A stretch of 64,000 nt of DNA from Nitrospirota bacterium (GTDB lineage: Bacteria; Nitrospirota; UBA9217). This document shows, piece after piece, positions 51,122-61,328 of this stretch. The position numbers and the translations under genes are program-made. The DNA lies in NCBI GenBank assembly GCA_963818475.1, contig CAWFSF010000003.1, forward strand, positions 128,001-192,000, given 5' to 3'. The notes beneath the pieces are model-generated. The model saw nothing but the letters and a program-made list of their open reading frames with translations. It was not told the origin of the DNA and did no database searches. Within the stretch, counting starts at the first letter, position 1. Each line of letters starts with the position of its first letter.

Positions 51122-52193
51122 TTACTCCACCCAGTCCGCGATATAGATGTCCGTCTCGCGCGGCTCTCTGCGGATTCCGGTTCGAAGCGAAGACCAGCTT
51201 CTTTCCATCCGGCGAGAACAGGGGGAAGCTGTCGAAGGTGGTGTTGAACGTGAGCCGCGTAAGGTTCGTGCCGTCGAGGTTGATCAGGTAGAGCTCGAAG
51301 TTGTGGCCGTATTGTTTGATGTCCTCGCGCCAGTCGTCCATGTTGCTCGAGAAGATGAGCCGCTTGCCGTCGGGGTGCCACGACGGCGCCCAGTTGGTTG
51401 CCCCGTTATGCAGGACCATCCTCTTGTTCGACCCGTCAGCGTCCATGACCCAGAGGTCCAGCGGCACGGCGATGATGTAGTCCTTGTCCATGGCGTCCCG
51501 CCATCGGGCCTTCTCTTCATCCGTTTCGGGATACCAGGCGCGCCAGACGATCCTGGTGTTGTCAGGCGAGAACCAGGGCCCGCCGTCGTAGCCGATCCGG
51601 TCCGTGAGCCGCCGCACGTTCGTGCCGTCGGCGTTCATGATATAGATATCGAAATCGCCTTCCCGCTGGGACCCGAACACGATCTGCTTTCCGTCGGACG
51701 AGACCACGGGTTCGGCATCGTACTTCGGATTGTCCGTGATCTTCCTGAGGTTCGAGCCGTCGGCGTCTGCGGTGAAGATATCGTAGGGATAGAGCGGCCA
51801 GACGTAGCGGACGCCTTGGGGCGCCTCGGGCCGGGGAGGACAGTCGCCGGGAAGATGGTTCGTGGAGGCAAAGACGATCCGTCCATCGGGAAAGAAGAAG
51901 GAGCACGTATTGGCCCCGTGGTCCGGGCTCACCATCCTCTTGTCCGAACCGTCGATGTTCATGGTCCAGATCTTGTCGCAGGCATAGCCGCCACGGCTCG
52001 ACTGGAAAATAAGCTTCTTCCCGTCCCGGGAAAAGTAGGCCTCGCCGTTGTCGCCGTCATTGGTGAGCCTGGTCACGTTCTTCATGTGCCGGTCCTCGAT
52101 AGGGGCCGCACGGCCGGCTTCCTTGCCATGGCGAATTGTGCAGCCGCAGAGGAGCAGCATGGCGATGATCAGCAGCGCTGAACTTTTTTTCAT
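51122..52193 (-). CDS. TolB-like PD40 beta-propeller lipoprotein (C-terminal frameshift)
   Basis: Lipobox LCGC and repeated FSxDGxxxVF units. The true end ETDIYIADWVE* is in another frame. Confidence 0.85.
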
Positions 52194-52299
52194 GAAAGGA
52201 CCTCCAATGCCTTGATCATTTAAAGATTTCACGGTGTGCTCTGTGGTTGGATTTCGACATTAGGGGAGGTTCATTCATGCGTTACCTCTTTCTTGGGGA

Positions 52300-52707
52300 T
52301 TACGGATTCTCCCTGCCAACATCCTCAGACCCTTTCCTGAGCACAGGCAAATATCTGAGCGCCGGCTGGCAAATGCCGTAGAGGACCACACCAGCGGCAT
52401 CGGCTCCAAGGTCAAAGAGCGAGCAACTGCGATAAGGCAGATAGGCCTGCGCGATCTCGATGGACAGTCCGTAGGCGATCAGCACGAGCACTTTGGTCCT
52501 GAAGGTCCATGCAGGAAATGAATAATCGACCAGCAGGGCGAGAATAAAAAAAGCTATCACGTGGCCGATCTTGTCGTTCAAATTCTCGGCAACAGGGATG
52601 GCGAGGCGCGTCGTGGCAAGAAAAAATACTGCCGGCAGCGCGATGACCAGCAGGATGCGGAACAACGTGGCACGATGGCTGGCGATGTTTTCGCTCTTTG
52701 ACATCAT
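52300..52707 (-). CDS. VanZ-family membrane protein
   Basis: DKIGHVIAF..YGLSIEIAQAYLPYR...DLGADAAG. Confidence 0.85.
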   Translation of the reverse strand: MMSKSENIASHRATLFRILLVIALPAVFFLATTRLAIPVAENLNDKIGHVIAFFILALLVDYSFPAWTFRTKVLVLIAYGLSIEIAQAYLPYRSCSLFDLGADAAGVVLYGICQPALRYLPVLRKGSEDVGRENP

Positions 52708-52993
52708 TGGTCCTTTGCTTAACTGAAAGGTCGTACTCCAGGGGCCGGCTGTTTAAGCATGGCGGCCATGCTCGCGGGTACCAGTATAACCGGTTACTGC
52801 ATCAGTGGCAATTGGAAAACCCGGCGGCGATCCCGCATTCCGCCTGTACCTGTTTCGGGTGAAATCCGTATTTCCCCACGCCCTCGCTGCGCACAATTTA
52901 ATTTGTTTAAAACCAAAGAATATACATTATTGTTGACTTTTTGTCGCAATATATTACAATAAGTTGTTTGCAGATGCTACTTTGTGAGTCCTG

Positions 52994-53899
52994 ATGGAGG
53001 TAATGATGAAACGGATCATGCGGACGGTTTTCTTTATCTCTATCATCATGCTTGTCCCGCTTCTGGCCTTTCCCCAGGCTATTCAGCAAAAACTCCTCAT
53101 CGGCCTCATTCCGGAGATGAACGTTTTCAAGCAGAAGGAGCGGTTCCGCCTGCTCGGCGACTATCTCTCAAAAAAGACCGGTGCGGAGGTGAAATTCACC
53201 ATCCTGAGCCGCTACGGCAACATCATTGATCGCTTTACGTCCGAGAACATGGACGGCGCGTTTTTCGGCTCCTTTACCGGCGCGCTGGCCATCGAGAAAC
53301 TGGGGGTCATCCCTCTTGCCCGCCCGGTGAACCTCGACAACACGGCATCGTACCGCGGGTACCTCTTCGTGCGCCGGGACAGCAGGATCCGTGATGTCCG
53401 CAGCATGAAAGGCAGGAAAATGGCCTTTGTTGAAAAAGCGACAACCGCCGGCTACCTCTTTCCGCTCGCCTATCTTAAAGAACACGGCATCACTGATATG
53501 GACCACTTCTTCAGCAGCTCCTATTTTACCGGAAGCCATGATGCGGCAATTCATGCGGTGCTGGAAGGCCAGGCCGACATCGGCGCGGCAAAGCACAGCA
53601 TCTACGACCGGATGAAAGCAGACGATCCGCGCGTGGCCCGCGACCTGGTCATCATTGCCGAATCACCCTGGGTGCCCTCGAACGGGCTGTGCGTGCGCAA
53701 GGGGCTCGATGAAGGGCTGATGCAGAAGCTCAAGCAGGCATTGCTGGGCCTGGACAAGGACCCCGAGGGGGCTGCCGTGCTGCAGCAGTTCGGCGCCCTG
53801 CGGTTCATAAGTACGAATGTCAGCGACTACCGGCCGGTCTTTGAGATGGCCAAAAAAGCAGGGATCGATATAAAACAGTATGACTACCGGAACAAATAA
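52994..53899 (+). CDS. PhnD-like phosphate/phosphite/phosphonate-type periplasmic binding protein
   Basis: Signal peptide, YRGYLFVRRDS, TTAGYLFP and GSHDAAI..V..G.ADIGA. Confidence 0.85.
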   Translation: MEVMMKRIMRTVFFISIIMLVPLLAFPQAIQQKLLIGLIPEMNVFKQKERFRLLGDYLSKKTGAEVKFTILSRYGNIIDRFTSENMDGAFFGSFTGALAIEKLGVIPLARPVNLDNTASYRGYLFVRRDSRIRDVRSMKGRKMAFVEKATTAGYLFPLAYLKEHGITDMDHFFSSSYFTGSHDAAIHAVLEGQADIGAAKHSIYDRMKADDPRVARDLVIIAESPWVPSNGLCVRKGLDEGLMQKLKQALLGLDKDPEGAAVLQQFGALRFISTNVSDYRPVFEMAKKAGIDIKQYDYRNK

Positions 53900-53941
53900 C
53901 GCCCAGGGGCATCGCTCCTTTGCAGCAGGGACTGACGCCCT

Positions 53942-56815
53942 ATGAAACGAAGGATCCTGCTGTACCTGCTCGCTTTGTTTCTCTTCACGGTGCTGAGCGC
54001 AGGCTTCGCCACGCTGTATATCATCAACACCACCGGCACGCTCAGCCGCCTGGTCACGCTCCACCAGATAGAAGACCTCCGGAAGGACCTCATCATGTCC
54101 ATCCAGGCGGTCCAGTCCGACCTCTACACCGTTAACACCGCCCTCGGCAGCCAGCTCGACGATATCTCGGACAGGGTCAATCGCCTGGACAAAGCGTCGT
54201 CAAACTGCACAACCTGCCATCACTCGCCCGAGATCACCGCGCAGCTTAACTCGATCCGATCCATGGTCCTCGACTATGAAGGGGACCTGAGCTATTACGT
54301 AACCGCGTCTGCCAACAGCCCGCACATTCTGAAGATGAAGATGGAGGCCGCGGCCACGGGCAACAAGCTGCTGGTGGAAACCGAGAAGATGTCCCTCCGG
54401 GCCAGCAGCCGGCTCGAGGGCATGACGCGCGACGTCATGAGCAAGATCAAAAGGACGGGGGTGATCATTTTCGGCATGATGATCGCCACCTTTGTCTTCG
54501 GCGCCGCCGTCGCCCTGCAGCTGACCGCTGCCATTACGCGGCCCATCAACATCCTGGTAGAGGCCACAAGGCGGATCGCGGCAGGCGAACTGGGATACCA
54601 GGTCGCGGTTGCCGACAAGACCGAGTTCGGCGAACTCTCCTCACGCTTTAACACCATGAGCACGGCACTGAAGGACGGCTACGCCAAGCTCGAGACCGAG
54701 ATCGCCGAGCGCAGGCAGACCGAAGCCGCCCTGACGGGATCCGAGACGTTCCTGAACAACATCTTTAACAGCATCCACGACCCCTTCTGCATCTTCGACC
54801 GCGACTACCGCATCGTCCGGGCGAACGAAGCCTATGCAGAGCTCAAGCGCGTGCAGCTCTCCGGGCTGGTCGACCGCAGCTGCTACGACGCGCTCTACGG
54901 CCGGACCGCGCACTGCGACAACTGCATCGTCCAGAAGACCTTTTTATCGGGCGACTCCTGCGCGAAGGAGAAGCTCGTGAGCACGCCCGACGGCCACCGG
55001 ATGTGGCTCGAGATCTATACGTACCCCATTGTTTCTCCGGACGGACAGATCTCGCACGTGGTCGAGTATAGCCGCGACATCACGGAACGCAAGAAGACCG
55101 AAGAGGCACTTCGCGAAAGCGAGGAGCGCTACGCCGTCGCCGCACGCGGCGCCAATGACGGCCTCTGGGACTGGGACCTGCGGACCAATTCGATCTACTA
55201 CTCGCCCCGCTGGAAGTCCATGCTGGGCTTCAGCGACCAGGAAATATCGAACAGCCCCGAGGAATGGCTCGGCAGGGTCCATCCCGACGACCGGGCCGCG
55301 CTTGAAGCCATGATCGCCTCCCATGCCATGGGGGACAATCAGCCTTTCGAGGGAGAGTTCCGCATCCGCCACAAGGACGGCGCATACGGCTGGGTGCTGA
55401 ACCGCGGGATGGCCGTTCGCGGCAAGACCGGACAGGCCTACCGCATGGCAGGGTCCCAGACCGACATCACGACGCGGAAGCACGCCGAGGCGCAGCTGTT
55501 GTACGACGCCTTCCACGACGCCCTTACCGGGCTGCCGAACCGGGCGCTGTTCATGGACCGGCTGCAGCACCTCATTGACAGCACCAGGCGGCGCGGGGAG
55601 GACACGCTCTTTGCCGTCCTGTTCCTCGACATGGACCGCTTCAAGGTCGTCAACGACAGCCTGGGCCACCTTGCCGGCGACCAGCTGCTCATCGCGGTCG
55701 GCAAGAAAGTATCCGGCTGCCTGCGGCCGGGCGATACCGTGGCGCGCCTCGGCGGCGATGAGTTCGCGGTCCTGCTCGAGAACGTCAGCACGGTCAACGA
55801 CGCCGTTGATATCGCCGAACGGATCCGCATGGAGCTGGCGCTCCCGATCCTCCTCGCCGGGAACAGTGTCTTTACGAGCGTCAGCATCGGCATCGCCCCG
55901 GGAGCCCCGGGCTATGAGCGGCCCGAACAGGTGCTGCGCGACGCCGATATCGCCATGTACCAGGCCAAGGCGCGGGGCGGATCCTGCTTCGAGATCTACG
56001 ACTCACGGATGCATGCCGGGGTCATTGCGCGCCTTCAACTCGAGGCGGATCTGCGCAGGGCCGTGGACCGGCAGGAGTTCATCCTGCACTACCAGCCCAT
56101 CATGGATCTGCAGGCCTCTCGCCTCATCGGCTTCGAAGCCCTGATCCGGTGGAACCACCCTCGTCAGGGACTGATCTATCCCATGGAGTTCATTCCGCTC
56201 GCTGAGGAGACCGGCCTGATCGGCCCGATCGGAGAATGGGTGATGTTCGAAGCATGCCGCCGCCTCAAACTGTGGCAGCAGCAGTACCCCCAGGACCCGC
56301 CGCTCAAGATGAGCATGAACATCTCGGGAAAGCAGTTCTCCCGCTCCGACCTGGCCGAGGTCGTAACGCGGATCCTGCTTGAAACCGGCCTCAAGCCCGA
56401 GTGCCTGGCGCTCGAGATCACGGAAAGCATGATCATGGGGGACATCGACAGCGCTATCGAGACCATGGGCCGCCTGCGCACGATGGGTGTTCAGATCCAC
56501 ATCGACGACTTCGGCACCGGCTATTCCTCATTGAGCCATCTGCACCGCTTTCCGATCACGGCGCTCAAGATCGACCGCGCCTTCGTCGGGAAGCTTCTGG
56601 CGAACGGCGAGAACGATGCCATCATCACCTCCATCGTTACGCTGGCCAAAAGTCTGAACCTGGAGGTCATTGCCGAGGGGATCGAGCTCGACCACCAGCT
56701 CTCGAGCATCAAGGACCTGCGGTGCCGGTTCGGGCAGGGGTTCCTCTTCTCCCGGGCCATGGACCCTGCTGCCGTTGATATCTGGATCGAGTCCGGCACG
56801 CCCATGAAGGGGTAG
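53942..56815 (+). CDS. Membrane sensor: periplasmic c-heme domain-HAMP-2 PAS-GGDEF-EAL
   Basis: CTTCH between two TM helices; RPGD..GGDEF; FEALIRW and DDFGTGYSS. Confidence 0.92.
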   Translation: MKRRILLYLLALFLFTVLSAGFATLYIINTTGTLSRLVTLHQIEDLRKDLIMSIQAVQSDLYTVNTALGSQLDDISDRVNRLDKASSNCTTCHHSPEITAQLNSIRSMVLDYEGDLSYYVTASANSPHILKMKMEAAATGNKLLVETEKMSLRASSRLEGMTRDVMSKIKRTGVIIFGMMIATFVFGAAVALQLTAAITRPINILVEATRRIAAGELGYQVAVADKTEFGELSSRFNTMSTALKDGYAKLETEIAERRQTEAALTGSETFLNNIFNSIHDPFCIFDRDYRIVRANEAYAELKRVQLSGLVDRSCYDALYGRTAHCDNCIVQKTFLSGDSCAKEKLVSTPDGHRMWLEIYTYPIVSPDGQISHVVEYSRDITERKKTEEALRESEERYAVAARGANDGLWDWDLRTNSIYYSPRWKSMLGFSDQEISNSPEEWLGRVHPDDRAALEAMIASHAMGDNQPFEGEFRIRHKDGAYGWVLNRGMAVRGKTGQAYRMAGSQTDITTRKHAEAQLLYDAFHDALTGLPNRALFMDRLQHLIDSTRRRGEDTLFAVLFLDMDRFKVVNDSLGHLAGDQLLIAVGKKVSGCLRPGDTVARLGGDEFAVLLENVSTVNDAVDIAERIRMELALPILLAGNSVFTSVSIGIAPGAPGYERPEQVLRDADIAMYQAKARGGSCFEIYDSRMHAGVIARLQLEADLRRAVDRQEFILHYQPIMDLQASRLIGFEALIRWNHPRQGLIYPMEFIPLAEETGLIGPIGEWVMFEACRRLKLWQQQYPQDPPLKMSMNISGKQFSRSDLAEVVTRILLETGLKPECLALEITESMIMGDIDSAIETMGRLRTMGVQIHIDDFGTGYSSLSHLHRFPITALKIDRAFVGKLLANGENDAIITSIVTLAKSLNLEVIAEGIELDHQLSSIKDLRCRFGQGFLFSRAMDPAAVDIWIESGTPMKG

Positions 56816-56819
56816 CCTT

Positions 56820-59090
56820 ATGACAAAGACCAGCAAGACCGACAGTCTCCGCCCCTCCAACACGGTCACCGGCAGTCTCATGCTGGGCTGGACCGCCATC
56901 ATCATTATTTCGCTGGCCTGGAACCTGTACCACAATCATCTTAACATCCTGGAAAAGGCGCGCATAGAAGCGTTGACGCTCTACGAACTGAACCTGGCCT
57001 ATCGCAACTGGGCCGCCGGGCATGGCGGCGTATACGTGCCCGTGACAGAAACATTCCAGCCGAACCCCTACCTGAAGGCGCCCCAGCGGGAGGTAACAAC
57101 GAAATCCGGCAAGGAACTTACCCTCGTGAACCCCGCCTGGATGAACCGGCAGGTCTTCGAGATCCTGGGCCGTCAATCGCCGCTTCCGATCAGGAGCCAC
57201 CTGACGAGCCTCAAGTTCGTCAATCCGGCCAACAAACCCGACGCCTGGGAAGAAGAGGCGCTTCGCGCATTCGAACAGGGCAGCACGGAAGCGAGCGCCA
57301 CCATGCAGGTCGATGGTAATGAATACCAGCGGGTCATGAAGCCCTTCGTGGCGGAGCAAGGGTGCCTCACCTGCCACGGCCACCAGGGGTATGCCGTAGG
57401 TGACGTCCGGGGAGGCATCAGCATTGCCGTTCCGCTCAAGCCGTACTTCGTAGCCGAGCTGCAGGAGCGCCGGACCATCGGCCTTACCCATGCCGTCCTG
57501 TGGTGCATCGGCTTCGGCGGCATCCTTCTGGCAACGCGCACCTTCGCAAAACAGCAGGCACTGCTGGCAGGCAGCGAGGAGAAATACCGGCTGCTCTTCG
57601 AGAACAACCCTCATCCCATGTGGGTCCACGACCAGGACACTCTCCGGTTCCTCGCCGTCAACAATGCCGCGCAGCAGGCCTACGGGTATTCACGGGAAGA
57701 ATTCCTCTCCATGACCTTCGCGGATATCCGGCCGGCTGAGGACATCCCTGCACCGGCCGGGAACTCTGCGCACACGACCGCGGGTTTCGATGCAGGCGGC
57801 GTCTGGCGGCACCGGAAAAAGGACGGGAACACGATCTTCGTTGAGATCGCCGCACACCCGGTGGTTTTTGCGGACCATCGCGCCCGGCTGGTCACCGCAA
57901 CCGACATCACGGAGCGGCGTCAGCTCGAAGGCCAGCTCCGGCAGGCTCAGAAGATGGAGGCGGTGGGCCAGCTCGCCGGAGGCGTGGCGCACGACTTCAA
58001 CAACATCCTGACCGCGATCTCCGGATACGGCAACCTCCTGCTGATGAAGCTGCAAGCCGACGACCCTTTGAGGCATAACGTGGAACAGATCCTCTCCTCG
58101 TCCGAACGGGCCGCACGTCTGACGCAGAGCCTGCTCACCTACAGCCGCAAGCAGATCATCAATCCCAAGCCGGTCGACATCAACGCTTTGGTCAACCGGA
58201 TAGCGCTGCTGCTCCGCCGGCTGATCGGCGAGGACATCGACCTGAGAACGAAGCTTGCGGACGCGCGGCTCATGGTCATGGCCGACAGCGTCCAGATCGA
58301 CCAGGCACTGATGAACCTCAGCACCAATGCGCGCGATGCCATGCCGTCAGGCGGTTCGCTCCTGATCGAGACCGCGAGGACCGTTCTGGACGACGATTTC
58401 AAAAAACTGCATGCCTTTGGGGGCAAAGGTGCTTTTGCGCTCATTTCCATCACCGATACCGGCCTGGGCATGGATGAAGCAACTCGGCAGAGGATCTTCG
58501 ACCCCTTCTTCACGACCAAAGACGTCGGGAGAGGCACGGGCCTGGGCCTTGCCATGGTCTACGGCATCGTCAAGCAGCATAACGGATTGATCACCGTGTA
58601 CAGCGAACCCGGCAATGGTTCATGCTTCAGGATCTACCTTCCGCTCATGCCGGGGGACGACAGCAGGGAGGATGACGTTGCTGCGGCCTTGCCCGTGCCC
58701 CGGGGCGCCGAAACCGTGCTTCTTGCCGAGGACGACGATGCGGTTCGCAACCTGACCAGGACGGTGCTGGAGCAGTTCGGCTACCGCGTCATCGAGGCGC
58801 GGGACGGCGAGGATGCTGTGGCGAAGTTCAGCGAGAATGCGGACACGGTCTCGCTGGCCATTCTTGACGTGGTCATGCCGAAGAAGAACGGTCTGGATAC
58901 CTATAACCGGCTGCAGGAATTGAAACCCGGCATCAAAGCGCTGTTTATGAGCGGCTACACTGCCGACATCATCCATAAAAAAGGCATCCTCGAAAAGGGG
59001 CTGCTCTTTATCTCGAAGCCCTCCTCCCCGGGCGACCTGCTCAGGAAAGTGCGGGAAGCGCTGGACGGCGCACAACCGGACGCGTCATGA
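56820..59090 (+). CDS. Hybrid histidine kinase with DUF3365-like c-heme periplasmic domain, PAS and REC
   Basis: [32 protein letters not shown]; AHDFNNIL; DVVMP. Confidence 0.92.
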   Translation: MTKTSKTDSLRPSNTVTGSLMLGWTAIIIISLAWNLYHNHLNILEKARIEALTLYELNLAYRNWAAGHGGVYVPVTETFQPNPYLKAPQREVTTKSGKELTLVNPAWMNRQVFEILGRQSPLPIRSHLTSLKFVNPANKPDAWEEEALRAFEQGSTEASATMQVDGNEYQRVMKPFVAEQGCLTCHGHQGYAVGDVRGGISIAVPLKPYFVAELQERRTIGLTHAVLWCIGFGGILLATRTFAKQQALLAGSEEKYRLLFENNPHPMWVHDQDTLRFLAVNNAAQQAYGYSREEFLSMTFADIRPAEDIPAPAGNSAHTTAGFDAGGVWRHRKKDGNTIFVEIAAHPVVFADHRARLVTATDITERRQLEGQLRQAQKMEAVGQLAGGVAHDFNNILTAISGYGNLLLMKLQADDPLRHNVEQILSSSERAARLTQSLLTYSRKQIINPKPVDINALVNRIALLLRRLIGEDIDLRTKLADARLMVMADSVQIDQALMNLSTNARDAMPSGGSLLIETARTVLDDDFKKLHAFGGKGAFALISITDTGLGMDEATRQRIFDPFFTTKDVGRGTGLGLAMVYGIVKQHNGLITVYSEPGNGSCFRIYLPLMPGDDSREDDVAAALPVPRGAETVLLAEDDDAVRNLTRTVLEQFGYRVIEARDGEDAVAKFSENADTVSLAILDVVMPKKNGLDTYNRLQELKPGIKALFMSGYTADIIHKKGILEKGLLFISKPSSPGDLLRKVREALDGAQPDAS

Positions 59091-59199
59091 TTCTGCAGTC
59101 ATCTTCTGCTTAGTTTTGCAGAAGAAGGTTCTCTCCTCGTACCTGCCTCGTATTATCTGCGGGAATCTGCGTACATCTGCGGCCGGCAGCTTTTTTAAG

Positions 59200-60408
59200 A
59201 TGATCTTCTTCCCAAATATCATTACCGCTGTTTTCAGCTCCAGGCCGAACCGGTTCATTGTCCACTGCCTGGTGGGAGACAGGCTCGTGCGCGCCTATCT
59301 GCCGAACCCGGGAAGGCTCCACGAGCTCTTTTTGCCCGGAGCACGGCTCTTTCTCGTCCCTCAGGAAGTCCGGCCAGGCAGGAAGACACCCTATCTGGTC
59401 GTGGCGGTCGAGCGGGACCACCGGCCGATCATGCTCCACACCCATGCGAACAACCTGGTGGCAAAGCATTTGATCGAAGAGAACCGTATCCCGGGCCTTG
59501 AACAGGCTGTTGTCATAAAACAGGAGCACACGATCGGCCGCAGCCGGTTCGATTTTCTGCTGCGCCAAGGGGGCAGGAATGTGGTGCTCGAGGTCAAATC
59601 CTGCACCCTCTTCGGAAAAAGGATCGCCATGTTCCCCGATGCCGTGACCGAGCGAGGCAGGCGGCATCTGCTCGAACTGGCAGGGCTTGCCGGCTCAGGT
59701 ATGGCAACAGCAGTGCTCTTCGTTGTTCATTCGCCAACGCCGCGGTATTTCATGCCCGATTATCATACCGACCTCGAGTTCAGCCGCACGCTGCTTGCGG
59801 TCAAAGACCGGGTCATGATCAGGGCCCTGGCCGTTGAGTGGAAACGCGACCTCTCGCTCGGCAGCTCGGTGCGGGAGCTCCCGATCCCCTGGGCGATCAT
59901 CGAGCGGGAAGCGCAGGACCGCGGGAGCTGCATCGTGGTCCTCCATCTTGCGCGCACCCGCAGGATCAAGACCGGCGATCTCGGTCCGCTCTCTTTTCCC
60001 AAAGGATTTTATTGCTATGTCGGCTCAGCGCAGGACAACCTGAGCAGGCGCGTTGCCCATTATCAGCGGACTCGCAAACAGCCCGTGCGCGACATCGATT
60101 ATCTCAGGGAACAGGCGAAGGTGACGGCCGTCCTGCCCGTGCGTGCCAGCGCGGACCTCGCCTGCAGCATTGCCGGGGCGCTCCGGGCGATCGCAGGCTG
60201 GTCCATTCCCGGCTTCGGTTCAGCCGACTGCGGCTGCAGCAGCCATCTCTTCGGCATGGCGGAAGACCCGCTGCATTCCCCGCTATTTATGCAAACCTTG
60301 CTGCACTTCAGGATGGATCGGCTGGAAGAAGAGCTGGCGGCGGGAGAGCAAACAATATCGAAAGCCCCAGGGTCTGGCTCTGAGAGGATTAAACATGAAG
60401 CGGGATAA
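59200..60408 (+). CDS. sfsA: SfsA nuclease fused to a DUF123/GIY-YIG-like domain
   Basis: RPNRF, PNPGRL, SRFDF, EVKSCTL and FPDAVTERGRRHL, then YVGSA...IDYL...GFGSADCGCSSHL. Confidence 0.88.
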   Translation: MIFFPNIITAVFSSRPNRFIVHCLVGDRLVRAYLPNPGRLHELFLPGARLFLVPQEVRPGRKTPYLVVAVERDHRPIMLHTHANNLVAKHLIEENRIPGLEQAVVIKQEHTIGRSRFDFLLRQGGRNVVLEVKSCTLFGKRIAMFPDAVTERGRRHLLELAGLAGSGMATAVLFVVHSPTPRYFMPDYHTDLEFSRTLLAVKDRVMIRALAVEWKRDLSLGSSVRELPIPWAIIEREAQDRGSCIVVLHLARTRRIKTGDLGPLSFPKGFYCYVGSAQDNLSRRVAHYQRTRKQPVRDIDYLREQAKVTAVLPVRASADLACSIAGALRAIAGWSIPGFGSADCGCSSHLFGMAEDPLHSPLFMQTLLHFRMDRLEEELAAGEQTISKAPGSGSERIKHEAG

Positions 60409-60477
60409 TGCAAAGAACAGCGGTTGAACGTGAAGGTCCGTATCGGGATGATGAGAATAAAAGGTTCGTTCGTATTG

Positions 60478-60611
60478 AAGTTGAAAAGTTCATAAATCCG
60501 AAATCAAAGATCAAGAACCTCTTCGGAGGAGAAAGGGGGAAGTTGGGGAAAAGGGGCAAATGCTATTAATAAGAGCTGCTCCCCATTTCACCATCCTTTT
60601 CCATTTCTCCT
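60478..60611 (+). repeat. ~135-bp intergenic element, family D, copy 2
   Basis: Inverted homolog of 15518..15654; abuts a family-B element. Confidence 0.75.
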
Positions 60612-60757
60612 AACCCGAACAAGCCGGAGCCGAAAAGCCTTTTCACCACGAAGGGCACGAAGATCACGAAAAAGTTGAAAAAGACAAAATCAAAATATTG
60701 ATTTTAACTTCGCGCGCTTCGTGTTCTTCGTGGTAAACTTTCTTGCCATTTGAGAAG
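60609..60757 (-). mobile_element. Asymmetric-ended element, family B, copy 3
   Basis: Minus strand reads CTTCTCAAATGGCAAGAAA...TCCGGCTTGTTCGGGTTAGG. Confidence 0.7.
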
Positions 60758-60763
60758 ACGCTG

Positions 60764-61195
60764 TCAACTCTTCCTTGACGCGAAGGTGTAATCAACATAC
60801 CCCATGATCTGCGTCTTGCCTTCTTCCGTGACCTGTCGATACTTTCTGATCAGTTGTATTTCCACGGGACTCAGGATCTTGCCGAGATAATCGGTCTGCT
60901 CCGAGGACAACGGAAAGATCCGCTTTCCTTCCTTGTAATGCGTTTGCGATGGGGAGAGGAAATAGCCTTTCACGTCGGCCGGCACTTTTTCCTGGTGAGC
61001 GGCCAGGATCAATCCCGACGCATCCAGGCCAAGCCTGCTCGCTATGGTACTGAGCGTTCTGTCCTTCGGAAGATGTCCTTTATTGAGAATGACCCGGAGG
61101 AGCTCAGGGCTGATGTCCAGGAACTTTGCGGAATCCTTCAAATTTTTAAATTTCTTTTTCTCCAGTGCCTGTCTGATACGCTCGGATATTTTCAT
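60764..61195 (-). CDS. Hypothetical XRE-like HTH protein
   Basis: N-terminal LKDSAKFLDISPELLRVILNKGHLP; GGGGG RBS. Confidence 0.6.
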   Translation of the reverse strand: MKISERIRQALEKKKFKNLKDSAKFLDISPELLRVILNKGHLPKDRTLSTIASRLGLDASGLILAAHQEKVPADVKGYFLSPSQTHYKEGKRIFPLSSEQTDYLGKILSPVEIQLIRKYRQVTEEGKTQIMGYVDYTFASRKS

Positions 61196-61328
61196 AGTTC
61201 CCCCTTCTGGTGCTACACGGTATCAAGAATTAACCACAGAGCGCACAGGTGAAGAGCTTGACGGTAGACAGCAACTTCCTCTGTGTCGTACCCTCTGGGG
61301 TTGCCTGTTTTTTTCTCTTTTTGGAATT

